Positions 27,953 through 36,514 of a stretch of DNA of 64,000 nucleotides are shown in pieces. Position numbers and translations under genes: made by a program. Every line of letters starts with the position of its first letter. Position 1 is the first letter of the stretch. This stretch comes from Eubacteriales bacterium (lineage in GTDB: Bacteria; Bacillota; Clostridia; Oscillospirales; CAG-272), in assembly GCA_045632345.1 (NCBI GenBank), contig JAZQWM010000009.1, positions 1,730 through 65,729 of the forward strand. Reading direction: 5' to 3'. The notes under the pieces are model-generated. The model ran no database searches and was not told where the DNA came from. It was given only the letters and a program-made list of their open reading frames with translations.

Positions 27953-29158
27953 TTATTCTGCTATCTCCCACTTAATGCCAAGTGATTTTATGTCCTCAAA
28001 GAACGTTGGATAGCTTTTTGAAACTGCTTCGCAGCCTTCAATTTCGCCACCGTAAATCGTGGATAAAACCGCAAGGGACATTACTATTCTGTGGTCGTTG
28101 TGTCCGTATAGTGTTTCAGTTGGCTTTTTAATTTCGCCTTTATGAACTATAACGGAGTTTTCATACACGCTGACATCTATGCCGAATTTTTCAAGCTCAA
28201 GTGCCATAGCTTCAGCTCTGTCGCTTTCCTTGATTTTTAGCCTTTTTGTGCCTGTAAAGGTTGCTCCGTTGTGGGATGCGGCAAGCGCAAATAAAATAGG
28301 CGCTAAATCAGGGCAATTTGACAAGTCAATTTCGGGTGTGCCGTTTTTCAAGCTCAGCATATGCTGTAAATACAACTTATCAGCTTGATATGAGTCAAAT
28401 TTACACCCAATTATAGACACGTTGCCGCCTAAAATGTTAAAAGCATCTAAAAACGCGGTGTTTGACATATCCCCCTCGACAGTTAAGCTTTGAGGCTGAT
28501 ATTTTTGATTTCCCTTTACAAAAAAGGTATTTCCATTGCGGTTAATTTCAATACCGAACGTTTTTAAGGTATCTAAGGTAATATCAATATATCCTGCGCT
28601 TTCAAGGGTGGTTGTTACGTTTACCACGCTATCTCCGTTAAGCAGCGGTAAAGCAAATAAAAGTCCTGAAATAAACTGACTGCTTATATCTCCTCTTACA
28701 TTAAAGGTGTCCGACTTAAGCTTGCCCTCAAATGTAACCGAAGCTGCTTCATTTGTTACCTTTATGCCTTGGCTCTTACAAATATCGTAATAGGCATCAA
28801 GTCCACGGGATAAAAGCTTTTCGGTGCCGTAAAACTTATTCATTCCGCCAAACACAAGCGCGATTGGAATAAAAAATCTAAGTGTACTGCCGCTTTCGTT
28901 ACAGTGAAAGTCGGCAATTTCGTTTTTCGTGAAATTTACGCTATTTACCGTTACTGTATCATTTTCCTTGGAACAGGAAACGCCGAGCGATTTAATACAA
29001 TTAAGGGTGGCTTCCATATCCTTACTGTCAATTATTCCCTTGACGGTGCTTATTCCCTTGGCTAAAGCGGAGCAAATTAAAAGTCTATGGGCATAGCTTT
29101 TTGAGGGTGGGGCGGTAATTTCGCCCTTTGCTATGCTTGGTTTAATAATTACCTTCAT
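27953..29158 (-). CDS. aroA: 3-phosphoshikimate 1-carboxyvinyltransferase (EPSP synthase)
   Basis: 401 aa. PPSKSYAHRLLICSAL, ESDRAEAM. Sits inside the aro operon. Confidence 0.92.
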   Translation of the reverse strand: MKVIIKPSIAKGEITAPPSKSYAHRLLICSALAKGISTVKGIIDSKDMEATLNCIKSLGVSCSKENDTVTVNSVNFTKNEIADFHCNESGSTLRFFIPIALVFGGMNKFYGTEKLLSRGLDAYYDICKSQGIKVTNEAASVTFEGKLKSDTFNVRGDISSQFISGLLFALPLLNGDSVVNVTTTLESAGYIDITLDTLKTFGIEINRNGNTFFVKGNQKYQPQSLTVEGDMSNTAFLDAFNILGGNVSIIGCKFDSYQADKLYLQHMLSLKNGTPEIDLSNCPDLAPILFALAASHNGATFTGTKRLKIKESDRAEAMALELEKFGIDVSVYENSVIVHKGEIKKPTETLYGHNDHRIVMSLAVLSTIYGGEIEGCEAVSKSYPTFFEDIKSLGIKWEIAE

Positions 29159-29586
29159 TTTAACTCCAATAAAGCGTCAATGGCTTCTAAATAACCATCA
29201 AAGCCTTTACCTGTTATTGTTTTAATTGCTATCTGTCTTACATAGCTGATTTGACGGAAGCTATCTCTTTCTTCTACCTTTGATATATGTACCTCAACAG
29301 TTGGAATAGAAACTGCTTTTAAAGCGTCTAAAATCGCTACGCTTGTGTGAGTGTATGCGGCAGGGTTGATTACAATACCATCAACATTATCAAAGTACGC
29401 TCTTTGGATTGCATCTACTAATTCGCCCTCGTGGTTTGATTGAAAAAACGACACGTCCACGCACTTTTTGTCTGCATATACTTTGATTTTTTCAATTAAA
29501 TCGTTATACGTTTGGCTTCCGTATATATCTGGCTCTCTAATCCCTAAAAAGTTGATATTAGGTCCGTTTAATACTAAAATTTTCAT
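29155..29586 (-). CDS. aroQ: Type II 3-dehydroquinate dehydratase
   Basis: 143 aa. MKILVLNGPNINFLGIREPDIYG, NPAAYTHTSVA. Confidence 0.94.
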   Translation of the reverse strand: MKILVLNGPNINFLGIREPDIYGSQTYNDLIEKIKVYADKKCVDVSFFQSNHEGELVDAIQRAYFDNVDGIVINPAAYTHTSVAILDALKAVSIPTVEVHISKVEERDSFRQISYVRQIAIKTITGKGFDGYLEAIDALLELK

Positions 29587-30821
29587 TTTTTATATTCTCC
29601 GTAAATTATGTCAGCTACCTCGCTTGGAGTACCGTTAGCGTCAATTTTTATATCACAGGTTGACAGATAAATTGGATATCTTTCGTCATACCTCTTTTTA
29701 AGAGCGTCAATGTCGCTTGACAATGGTCTATCACTTGTTGGTATTAGATTATCTAAGCTTCTGTCAAGGAAATAGATGCTTCCGTTTTGCTTTAAGCGTC
29801 TTACGTTGTCGGAATTTAGGATTACACCGCCACCTGTGGCTATAATTAAGGAATTTTTAGAGGAAATTTCCTTAATTACCTCACGTTCAATTTTTCTAAA
29901 TTCTGCTTCGCCGTATCTAGAAAAGTACGTGGTGATATCCATTCCTATTTTCTTTACAATTTCATCATCGGCGTCAATAAACGTCTTGCCTGTTTTTTCG
30001 GCTAAAATTTTACCAACTGTTGTTTTACCTGAGGACGGCATTCCTGTCAAAACGATATTATCCTTTTGGGAGAGGATATCGTTGAATATTGTGTTGCAAA
30101 GAGTGTCGCTTGCTTTGGTATCCATAAAATGCTCGTAGGCGTTAATAGCTTGTGAAACCAGCATATATAAGCCCCCTTCGGCTTTGATACCTAGGCTTTG
30201 AGCTTCGATAACTAAATTTGTTTTAAGTGGATTGTAAACCACATCTAAAACGCCCTCAAGCTTTGGGAATTTTGTCAAATTGATTGGAATACCGTCATTA
30301 TTTGGATACATTCCCACCGGGGACGTATTGATAATTATCTCTGTGTCTGTGTGATGCTCGTATATTTCATCATAGGAGTATGCGTTATCAGTTTTGGACT
30401 TATATGCATAGATAATTTCCTCAGCTTCCATATCAGAGGTAACGGCGGTGGCAGTTTTAGCTGTTCCGCCTGTGCCGATAATTAACACTTTTTTATCCTT
30501 AATAGTAATGCCGATTTTGTTTATAAGTACCATCATGCCGAAATAGTCGGTATTATAGCCGTATAGCTTGCCATTTTTATTGACTACCGTATTTACTGCG
30601 CCGATTTTTTTTGCGCTTTCGTCAATATAATCAAGATACGGCATAACTGTTTCCTTATAGGGTATTGTAACGTTGATGGCTAAAAAATCCTTAAATTTCA
30701 TAAACGCTTCAACGTTTTGAGGCTCAATTTCCTTAATTTCGTACACGTAGTCGGCTATTTTTTCGTGTATCACCTTTGAGAAGCTATGTGTTAAATGCTC
30801 CCCTATTAGTCCGTATTTCAT
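29583..30821 (-). CDS. aroE: Bifunctional shikimate dehydrogenase / shikimate kinase (AroE-AroK fusion)
   Basis: 412 aa. N-terminal AroE (YGLIGEHLTHSFSKVIH, NVTIPYK, GYNTDY, GTGGTAKT). C-terminal AroK (IVLTGMPSSGKTTVGKILA, IATGGGVI). Confidence 0.9.
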   Translation of the reverse strand: MKYGLIGEHLTHSFSKVIHEKIADYVYEIKEIEPQNVEAFMKFKDFLAINVTIPYKETVMPYLDYIDESAKKIGAVNTVVNKNGKLYGYNTDYFGMMVLINKIGITIKDKKVLIIGTGGTAKTATAVTSDMEAEEIIYAYKSKTDNAYSYDEIYEHHTDTEIIINTSPVGMYPNNDGIPINLTKFPKLEGVLDVVYNPLKTNLVIEAQSLGIKAEGGLYMLVSQAINAYEHFMDTKASDTLCNTIFNDILSQKDNIVLTGMPSSGKTTVGKILAEKTGKTFIDADDEIVKKIGMDITTYFSRYGEAEFRKIEREVIKEISSKNSLIIATGGGVILNSDNVRRLKQNGSIYFLDRSLDNLIPTSDRPLSSDIDALKKRYDERYPIYLSTCDIKIDANGTPSEVADIIYGEYKK

Positions 30822-30831
30822 TGTTTGTTCC

Positions 30832-31929
30832 TTAATTTATTCCTTTTGTGAATACGTCTGTGCCGTATCTTTGGGCAAGCATATCGCAAATTGCAAGAGC
30901 GCATACGCTATCAACTACAACGCATACTCTTCTAATAATTGCAGGGTCATGTCTGCCCTCGATATTTAAAGACGTATTTTCCATTGAGATAAAATCTACT
31001 GTTTGTTGCTCTTTTGCTATTGACGGGGTAGGCTTTACGGATAGGTTAAAGAGAATTGGCATTCCGTTTGTAATGCCGCCGTTTATGCCGCCGTTATTGT
31101 TTGTTTTAGTTGTGATTTTGCCGTTTTTGATTTCAAATTGGTCATTTGCTTGGCTACCCTTCATATTAACAAAATTGAAGCCTTGACCGAACTCAATGCC
31201 CTTTACTCCACCAATACTGAATAGAGCATGAGATAAAATACTCTCAACGCTATCAAACCAAGGCTCTCCAACGCCTGCAGGAATACCGCTGATTGCTGTT
31301 TGAACTATTCCGCCTACACTATCAAGCTGCTTTCTTGCTTCATCAATTTTATTTATCATTTCCTCTTGGCAATCGTTAAGGACTGGGAATGACTTTTTTG
31401 ATAAATTATCGATATCTGTGTCAACGTTTTCAAATTCTCTGTCGTTAATGTCTGCACATTTTAGAATGTGAGTGCCGATTTTTATATTTAATTTTTCAAG
31501 TGCTTTTAATGCTATTGCTCCACTTGCAACAAGAGCGGCTGTTATTCTCCCTGAGAAGTGTCCGCCACCGCGATAGTCCTCATAGCCGTGATACTTACAG
31601 TATGCGGTATAGTCGGCGTGAGATGGACGAGCAATACCTTTTGTTTTATCATAATCCTTGCTTTTTGTATTTTCGTTTGGAATAACGATACAAATTGGAG
31701 TACCTGTTGTTTTGCCCTCAAAAACTCCGCTTAAAATTTGATAATTATCCATTTCAACGCGAGGAGTGTCTGTTTTTCCCTGTGGTCTGCGCTTTGATAG
31801 TTGATAGGCGATAAAGTCATTATCAACCTCAATTCCAGGTGCAAGACCGTCTATTACAGCACCGATTGCTTGTCCGTGGCTTTCGCCGAAAACTGTTACG
31901 CTAACGCTTTGTCCGAACGTATTTTTCAT
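30832..31929 (-). CDS. aroC: Chorismate synthase
   Basis: 365 aa. FGESHGQAIG, RPSHADYTAY, GGGHFSGR. Confidence 0.95.
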   Translation of the reverse strand: MKNTFGQSVSVTVFGESHGQAIGAVIDGLAPGIEVDNDFIAYQLSKRRPQGKTDTPRVEMDNYQILSGVFEGKTTGTPICIVIPNENTKSKDYDKTKGIARPSHADYTAYCKYHGYEDYRGGGHFSGRITAALVASGAIALKALEKLNIKIGTHILKCADINDREFENVDTDIDNLSKKSFPVLNDCQEEMINKIDEARKQLDSVGGIVQTAISGIPAGVGEPWFDSVESILSHALFSIGGVKGIEFGQGFNFVNMKGSQANDQFEIKNGKITTKTNNNGGINGGITNGMPILFNLSVKPTPSIAKEQQTVDFISMENTSLNIEGRHDPAIIRRVCVVVDSVCALAICDMLAQRYGTDVFTKGIN

Positions 31930-31930
31930 T

Positions 31931-32938
31931 TTAAATACCTCCGTTTATATATTTTCTCATATTTTCTATTTCCATTTCGCGCATTTCAAAGGAGCCGATT
32001 TCCTTTACGTAAATTACGGTGATTTTCGTTCCGCTTGACTTTTTGTCATGTGTGATATATGAAATTAGGATATCTGTGTCTACATTTACGCTATTATTTA
32101 ATAAGTATTTTTCTAAAACCTTAGTAAGCTTTTCTTTTACTCTCTGGCTGCATAATGGAAGCATGCCAAGCGCTACGCATTCGCCATGCAATAGCTTACC
32201 GTCCATATAGCTTTCAATGGCGTGTCCTACGGTGTGACCGAAGTTAAGTACCTTGCGAAGTCCTTTTTCCTTTGGGTCTATTTCCACTACGTTTTTCTTT
32301 ATAAGTAGTGATTTTTCAATGATTGTATCAATATCGTGTGTGAAGTCTGTGCTATTTTCGATAAGGTTAAAAAGCTCTTTGTCGCTTGTTAAGGACATTT
32401 TGATTGCTTCGCAAAGCCCTGCGTTTATTTGTCTAATATCAAGGGTTTTAAGCGTGTCAGAGTCAATTAAAACCTTTTTAGGCTGATAAAATGAGCCGAT
32501 AATATTTTTTACGCCGTTAAAATCTATTGCTGCCTTGCCGCCGATTGAGGAATCAAGCTGGGATAAAAGTGTAGTTGGAATATTATAAAAATCAACGCCA
32601 CGCATATAGCTTGATGCTACAAAGCCGCTAAGGTCTCCTACTACACCGCCGCCTACTGCAATTACGCAATCCGTACGAGTAAAGGAATACTCAACCATTT
32701 TTTCAAGAAGCATTTTGTAGTTGTCAAAGGATTTACTTTTTTCGCCCTGTGGGATTACGCATATATAGCCTTCCTTGGCTTGGTTTTTAACCGATTGAGC
32801 GTACGTCGATGGCACGCCGTCATCTGTTACTATTAAGCATTTTCTATTCAAATTAAGATAATCTGAGGCTTTATTTAAAGCACCTCTTTCAAGCACGATA
32901 TCGTAGCTTTGTTCTCCTAAATTTAACGGTATAATCAT
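31931..32938 (-). CDS. aroB: 3-dehydroquinate synthase
   Basis: 335 aa. IAVGGGVVGDLSGFVAS, FGHTVGHAIE. Confidence 0.94.
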   Translation of the reverse strand: MIIPLNLGEQSYDIVLERGALNKASDYLNLNRKCLIVTDDGVPSTYAQSVKNQAKEGYICVIPQGEKSKSFDNYKMLLEKMVEYSFTRTDCVIAVGGGVVGDLSGFVASSYMRGVDFYNIPTTLLSQLDSSIGGKAAIDFNGVKNIIGSFYQPKKVLIDSDTLKTLDIRQINAGLCEAIKMSLTSDKELFNLIENSTDFTHDIDTIIEKSLLIKKNVVEIDPKEKGLRKVLNFGHTVGHAIESYMDGKLLHGECVALGMLPLCSQRVKEKLTKVLEKYLLNNSVNVDTDILISYITHDKKSSGTKITVIYVKEIGSFEMREMEIENMRKYINGGI

Positions 32939-32968
32939 ATTTCACCTCGTTTAAGAGGCGCATGCCTC

Positions 32969-34063
32969 TTAGTTATCAGTATTGTAAGTGCCTGCAAGCT
33001 TTAATTTATCGCAGGTGGCATTTAGCTCTCTTAGCATGTCCTTGCCGTCTTGGGTGCTTATATTTCCGTCTGCTTCAATATAGAAGTAATAGCTCCACAT
33101 AAGCTCCTTCATCGGACGTGAACGTAAATTTCTCATATTAAAGCCGTGTGCGCCGATAATATCAAGTGTTTTAGCAAGTGCGCCTGCTTCATTTTTTACT
33201 GTGAATACCAAAATAAAATGGTCGTCCATTCTTCTCTTTTTACTTGTGTTATCATTGCGAACGCGAGAAAATGCAGCAAAGCGTGTTGTATTGTTTCTGC
33301 TTTCGTTGATTTTACTTTCCAAGATTTTAAGACCGAAAATTCTTGCGGTTTCGTCAGAGGCGATTGCGGCAATTTCAATGCTTCCGCTTTCCTTAACCAT
33401 CTTTGCAGATAAAGCTGTATTTGTATAGGGCTTTTCCTCGTAATTATGCTTTGAAATAAAGCTATTGCACTGGGACAATGCTTGTGGATGGCTAACCACC
33501 TGCTTAATTGTATCAAGAGTTGCGCCTTCGTTAGCAAGGAGATTATGCTCAACGGCAAGGTCGGTTACTTGATTAATATATAGGTTGCCTGAGAAGATAA
33601 GGTCCATTACGGTTCCTACGTCTCCTGCAAAGCTGTTTTCGATAGGCAATACGCAGGAATCGCAGTCTCCGTCCTCAACGGATTTATACGCTTCCTCAAA
33701 CGTAGGGTATGCGATTAAATTAGCGTGTGGAAACATTTTCTTGGCAGCTATGTAAGCAAATGCGCCCTCTACCCCTGAATAAGATACTTTCATACCGTTA
33801 TTTAAACGTGATTGATAATTACGGGAAAGAGTCATATTGTATTCAAGAAATTTCACGTAGTATTCCTTAATTTCGTTATCCTCAATATAATTTGAGTTAT
33901 TGTTGATTATTTCCTTTTCGCGTGTGGAGTCGAGTATTGAAAGTCCATGCTCTTTTTTGTATTTGGCAACAAGCTGAGCAGCACACATCCTTTTTTCAAA
34001 GAGCTGTGCCATTTCCTTATCAACCTCGTTTATGATTTTTCTTGCTTCTTCAAGTTCATTCAT
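32969..34063 (-). CDS. pheA: Bifunctional chorismate mutase / prephenate dehydratase (P-protein)
   Basis: 364 aa. N-terminal AroQ-class CM helix (INEVDKEMAQLFEKRM), PDT domain (NTTRF) and a C-terminal ACT domain. Confidence 0.9.
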   Translation of the reverse strand: MNELEEARKIINEVDKEMAQLFEKRMCAAQLVAKYKKEHGLSILDSTREKEIINNNSNYIEDNEIKEYYVKFLEYNMTLSRNYQSRLNNGMKVSYSGVEGAFAYIAAKKMFPHANLIAYPTFEEAYKSVEDGDCDSCVLPIENSFAGDVGTVMDLIFSGNLYINQVTDLAVEHNLLANEGATLDTIKQVVSHPQALSQCNSFISKHNYEEKPYTNTALSAKMVKESGSIEIAAIASDETARIFGLKILESKINESRNNTTRFAAFSRVRNDNTSKKRRMDDHFILVFTVKNEAGALAKTLDIIGAHGFNMRNLRSRPMKELMWSYYFYIEADGNISTQDGKDMLRELNATCDKLKLAGTYNTDN

Positions 34064-34114
34064 ATATGTCTCCTAATGCTAAATAGCATACTAATATGTT
34101 ATAATATAATAAAT

Positions 34115-34143
34115 ATTATACTACTGTAAAATTATAATGTCAA
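34115..34143 (-). promoter_or_regulatory. Promoter of the pheA-aro operon
   Basis: Gene-sense TTGACA-17-TATAAT. Confidence 0.65.
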
Positions 34144-34183
34144 GTATAAATATGTATATAGTTCTACTGCTTTTTCTCAAAAA

Positions 34184-34207
34184 GTGAATAAATATTCACA
34201 TATTCAT
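34184..34207. promoter_or_regulatory. Candidate operator: GTGAATA-aa-TATTCAC palindrome plus a third TATTCAT half-site
   Basis: Perfect 7-bp arms at 34184-34190 and 34193-34199, starting 41 bp upstream of the pheA -35. Extra half-site at 34201-34207. Confidence 0.3.
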
Positions 34208-34221
34208 TACATATACATAAA

Positions 34222-34254
34222 ACAAAAAGAATCCGAAAATATCGGATTCTTTTG
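34222..34254 (-). terminator. Terminator after the Cys3-His lipoprotein gene
   Basis: agaatccga-aaata-tcggattct, with a U-run on the minus strand. Confidence 0.8.
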
Positions 34255-34265
34255 TATATTAGTTA

Positions 34266-36281
34266 TTAGCCTTCGTATGCATAGAAGCTTACAGTTGCAT
34301 CTGCAGAAGCTGTAATTGTTACGTTAGTAACGCCCTCGTTCTCGTAGAGATCGAAGAATGTCTCAGCAGAATTTACTGTGTATGTCTTGCTTTCTTCGCC
34401 ACATTCAACTACGATTGTGTACGTAGTATCAGCAGATGCGCTTGAAAGCTTGATAATGCCCTTAGAAATATCAATGCTATCTTCTGTTACAGCAAGGCTG
34501 TATGCTACGTTAGCTGTAAGTGTTGTTGGTTCAGCTGGATTTCCGTAGCCCTTGAGTTCCCATGAGAGTGATGTGTTCTCGTCGATAACGAGGTCGCCAT
34601 CCATGATTGGCTCATCCATGTATGTTGTTATATCTCTGTATGTAACGTTGCATACTGAACATACAAGACGACCGTCGATGTACTCAGTAAATGGATGCTC
34701 TGTTCTTCTTGTGAAGTCCTTTTGGCACTTTTCTGTACAATCAGCATCGTTTGTACATGCGTAGTATGTATAACCCACAGACGTACATGTTGGATTTACA
34801 ACCTCTTGTGTTAAAATCCATTTATCTTCGCCGTTAGCGCCTACACCGTGCTTAAGAAGTGGTTTTTCTTCTTCAGTATATGTTTGTCTCCACTCTGTGT
34901 TACAATCGCCACATTCCCAAATTGTGTACGCATTCTTAATACATGTTGTAGGAACGAATTCGATTGGATTTCCATCTGCATCAACTGTCTTGTTAATTGT
35001 TGCCTTATGTGGAACTGTTTTAACGTTTCTTTCTTCTCTACAGCCTAAAGTACATGTGGTTTCTGCTGTTGTACTTGTCTCACAAATTGTACACACATAG
35101 AGGTCATAACCATATGCATAGCACTTTGCATCGATAACAGCTGTTGGAGCTTCTGCAAATACGTGGTCAAGCTTTTCGCCTGAGTGTCTCTTTTCTGTTG
35201 CTGTACAAGCAGCATCAGTTGTACACTTGAATTCTTCATATGCAGCCTCGTGACATGTAGCTGCCTTTGAGCTGATTAGCTCATCTGTTACATAGTGAAC
35301 GCCTGTTGCAGGAATCGCTTTAACATAGCTATTGCCAGTATCAGGGTCAATCTCAACGTCAAGAATTTCACCACATTCAGGTCTCATACACTTAGGTGTA
35401 ATTGTACCTTCTGTGATACACGTTGGCTCTACTCTTGTGATGTAGTCAACGTTTTCGTAATCAACTAAGTGTCCATTAGCCCCATCGTGTTCACCAGGAA
35501 GAACGTTCTTCTCTGTACAGCCTGCGTTTAAGCACTCATAATAGTCGTAACCAGGAAGTGTACACGTTGGTCGGTTCCATTGAACGTTCTCTTCGTCCCA
35601 ATCGTGACCGAGAGCGTCAGCAGTTTTAACTGTCCATGTTTCATCACATACTGTACATTTAAAGTTGTCTGTACCCTCTGTTAAGCATGTAGCTGGGGAA
35701 GAACCTGTTTGAACTTCTGTGTGTGGGAGTTTTGGAATTTCATCAACCTTACCACGAGCACCACATGTCTTACAAACTTGTGATACTGAGCCAGGAGCCT
35801 TACATGTAGCTTCTACTGTAACCTGTTCGTAATCATGCGCCCATCTAACTAATTCGCCTGTGCCATCTTCCGCTTCGCCGCAGATTGAACATACAGTCTC
35901 CTCAATACCGTTTTGTTGCTTACCGCAATCAACCGGTGTTGTCATCTTTTTCTCGCTGAAATCATGGAACTCAGCGCTTGACTTAATTTCGTCTTTTGGT
36001 TCACTTTCAGCTCCACATACTGAACATACTTGGTATGTGTAACCGTTATGACGGCATGTTGGCGCTTTAACGATTTCTTCGCCAAACGCGTGAGGAAGTG
36101 CCGCAACTTCTCTTTCCTCTGATTCGCCACATTCACAAGCAAAAATTGCTTTACCTGCAGCTTCACATGTTGCCTCTGTAATAACCTCTGTTTGCTTAAA
36201 GTCATGCTCATGTCCGCATGAAACTAAAACAAATGTAAGAGCTAGTACAGCAAGTACTAATAACAATACTCTTTTTTTCAT
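34266..36281 (-). CDS. Lipoprotein built from about 12 tandem Cys3-His modules plus a C-terminal beta-rich domain
   Basis: 671 aa. Lipobox LVSC|G. Repeated H-x(8-20)-[TK]C-x(8-12)-C-x2-C-x(8-20)-H modules. Has its own TTGACT-17-TATAAT promoter and terminator. Confidence 0.82.
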   Translation of the reverse strand: MKKRVLLLVLAVLALTFVLVSCGHEHDFKQTEVITEATCEAAGKAIFACECGESEEREVAALPHAFGEEIVKAPTCRHNGYTYQVCSVCGAESEPKDEIKSSAEFHDFSEKKMTTPVDCGKQQNGIEETVCSICGEAEDGTGELVRWAHDYEQVTVEATCKAPGSVSQVCKTCGARGKVDEIPKLPHTEVQTGSSPATCLTEGTDNFKCTVCDETWTVKTADALGHDWDEENVQWNRPTCTLPGYDYYECLNAGCTEKNVLPGEHDGANGHLVDYENVDYITRVEPTCITEGTITPKCMRPECGEILDVEIDPDTGNSYVKAIPATGVHYVTDELISSKAATCHEAAYEEFKCTTDAACTATEKRHSGEKLDHVFAEAPTAVIDAKCYAYGYDLYVCTICETSTTAETTCTLGCREERNVKTVPHKATINKTVDADGNPIEFVPTTCIKNAYTIWECGDCNTEWRQTYTEEEKPLLKHGVGANGEDKWILTQEVVNPTCTSVGYTYYACTNDADCTEKCQKDFTRRTEHPFTEYIDGRLVCSVCNVTYRDITTYMDEPIMDGDLVIDENTSLSWELKGYGNPAEPTTLTANVAYSLAVTEDSIDISKGIIKLSSASADTTYTIVVECGEESKTYTVNSAETFFDLYENEGVTNVTITASADATVSFYAYEG

Positions 36282-36318
36282 ATCCTACTCCTTTTTAATG
36301 AGAATTTGTTACAACTGT

Positions 36319-36347
36319 ATTATATTATATTAAAAGTTTAAAGTCAA
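36319..36347 (-). promoter_or_regulatory. Promoter of the Cys3-His lipoprotein gene
   Basis: Gene-sense TTGACT-17-TATAAT. Confidence 0.6.
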
Positions 36348-36468
36348 TAGATTTGTTGATTTTTGTTTATTTGCACAATAAATATGTCACACTTTTGTGC
36401 ATTTTGACTATTAAAAAATTGTTTTTTATATACCGCCTCTACCATTATTATATATTAGACTTTTTTTG

Positions 36469-36504
36469 CAAAAAAACAAGACTGCAAAACATTGCAATCT
36501 TGCT
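36469..36504 (-). terminator. Terminator after ftsH
   Basis: 10-bp stem with one mismatch (caagactgca / tgcaatcttg), with U7 on the minus strand. Confidence 0.65.
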
Positions 36505-36514
36505 TTTATTCAGT

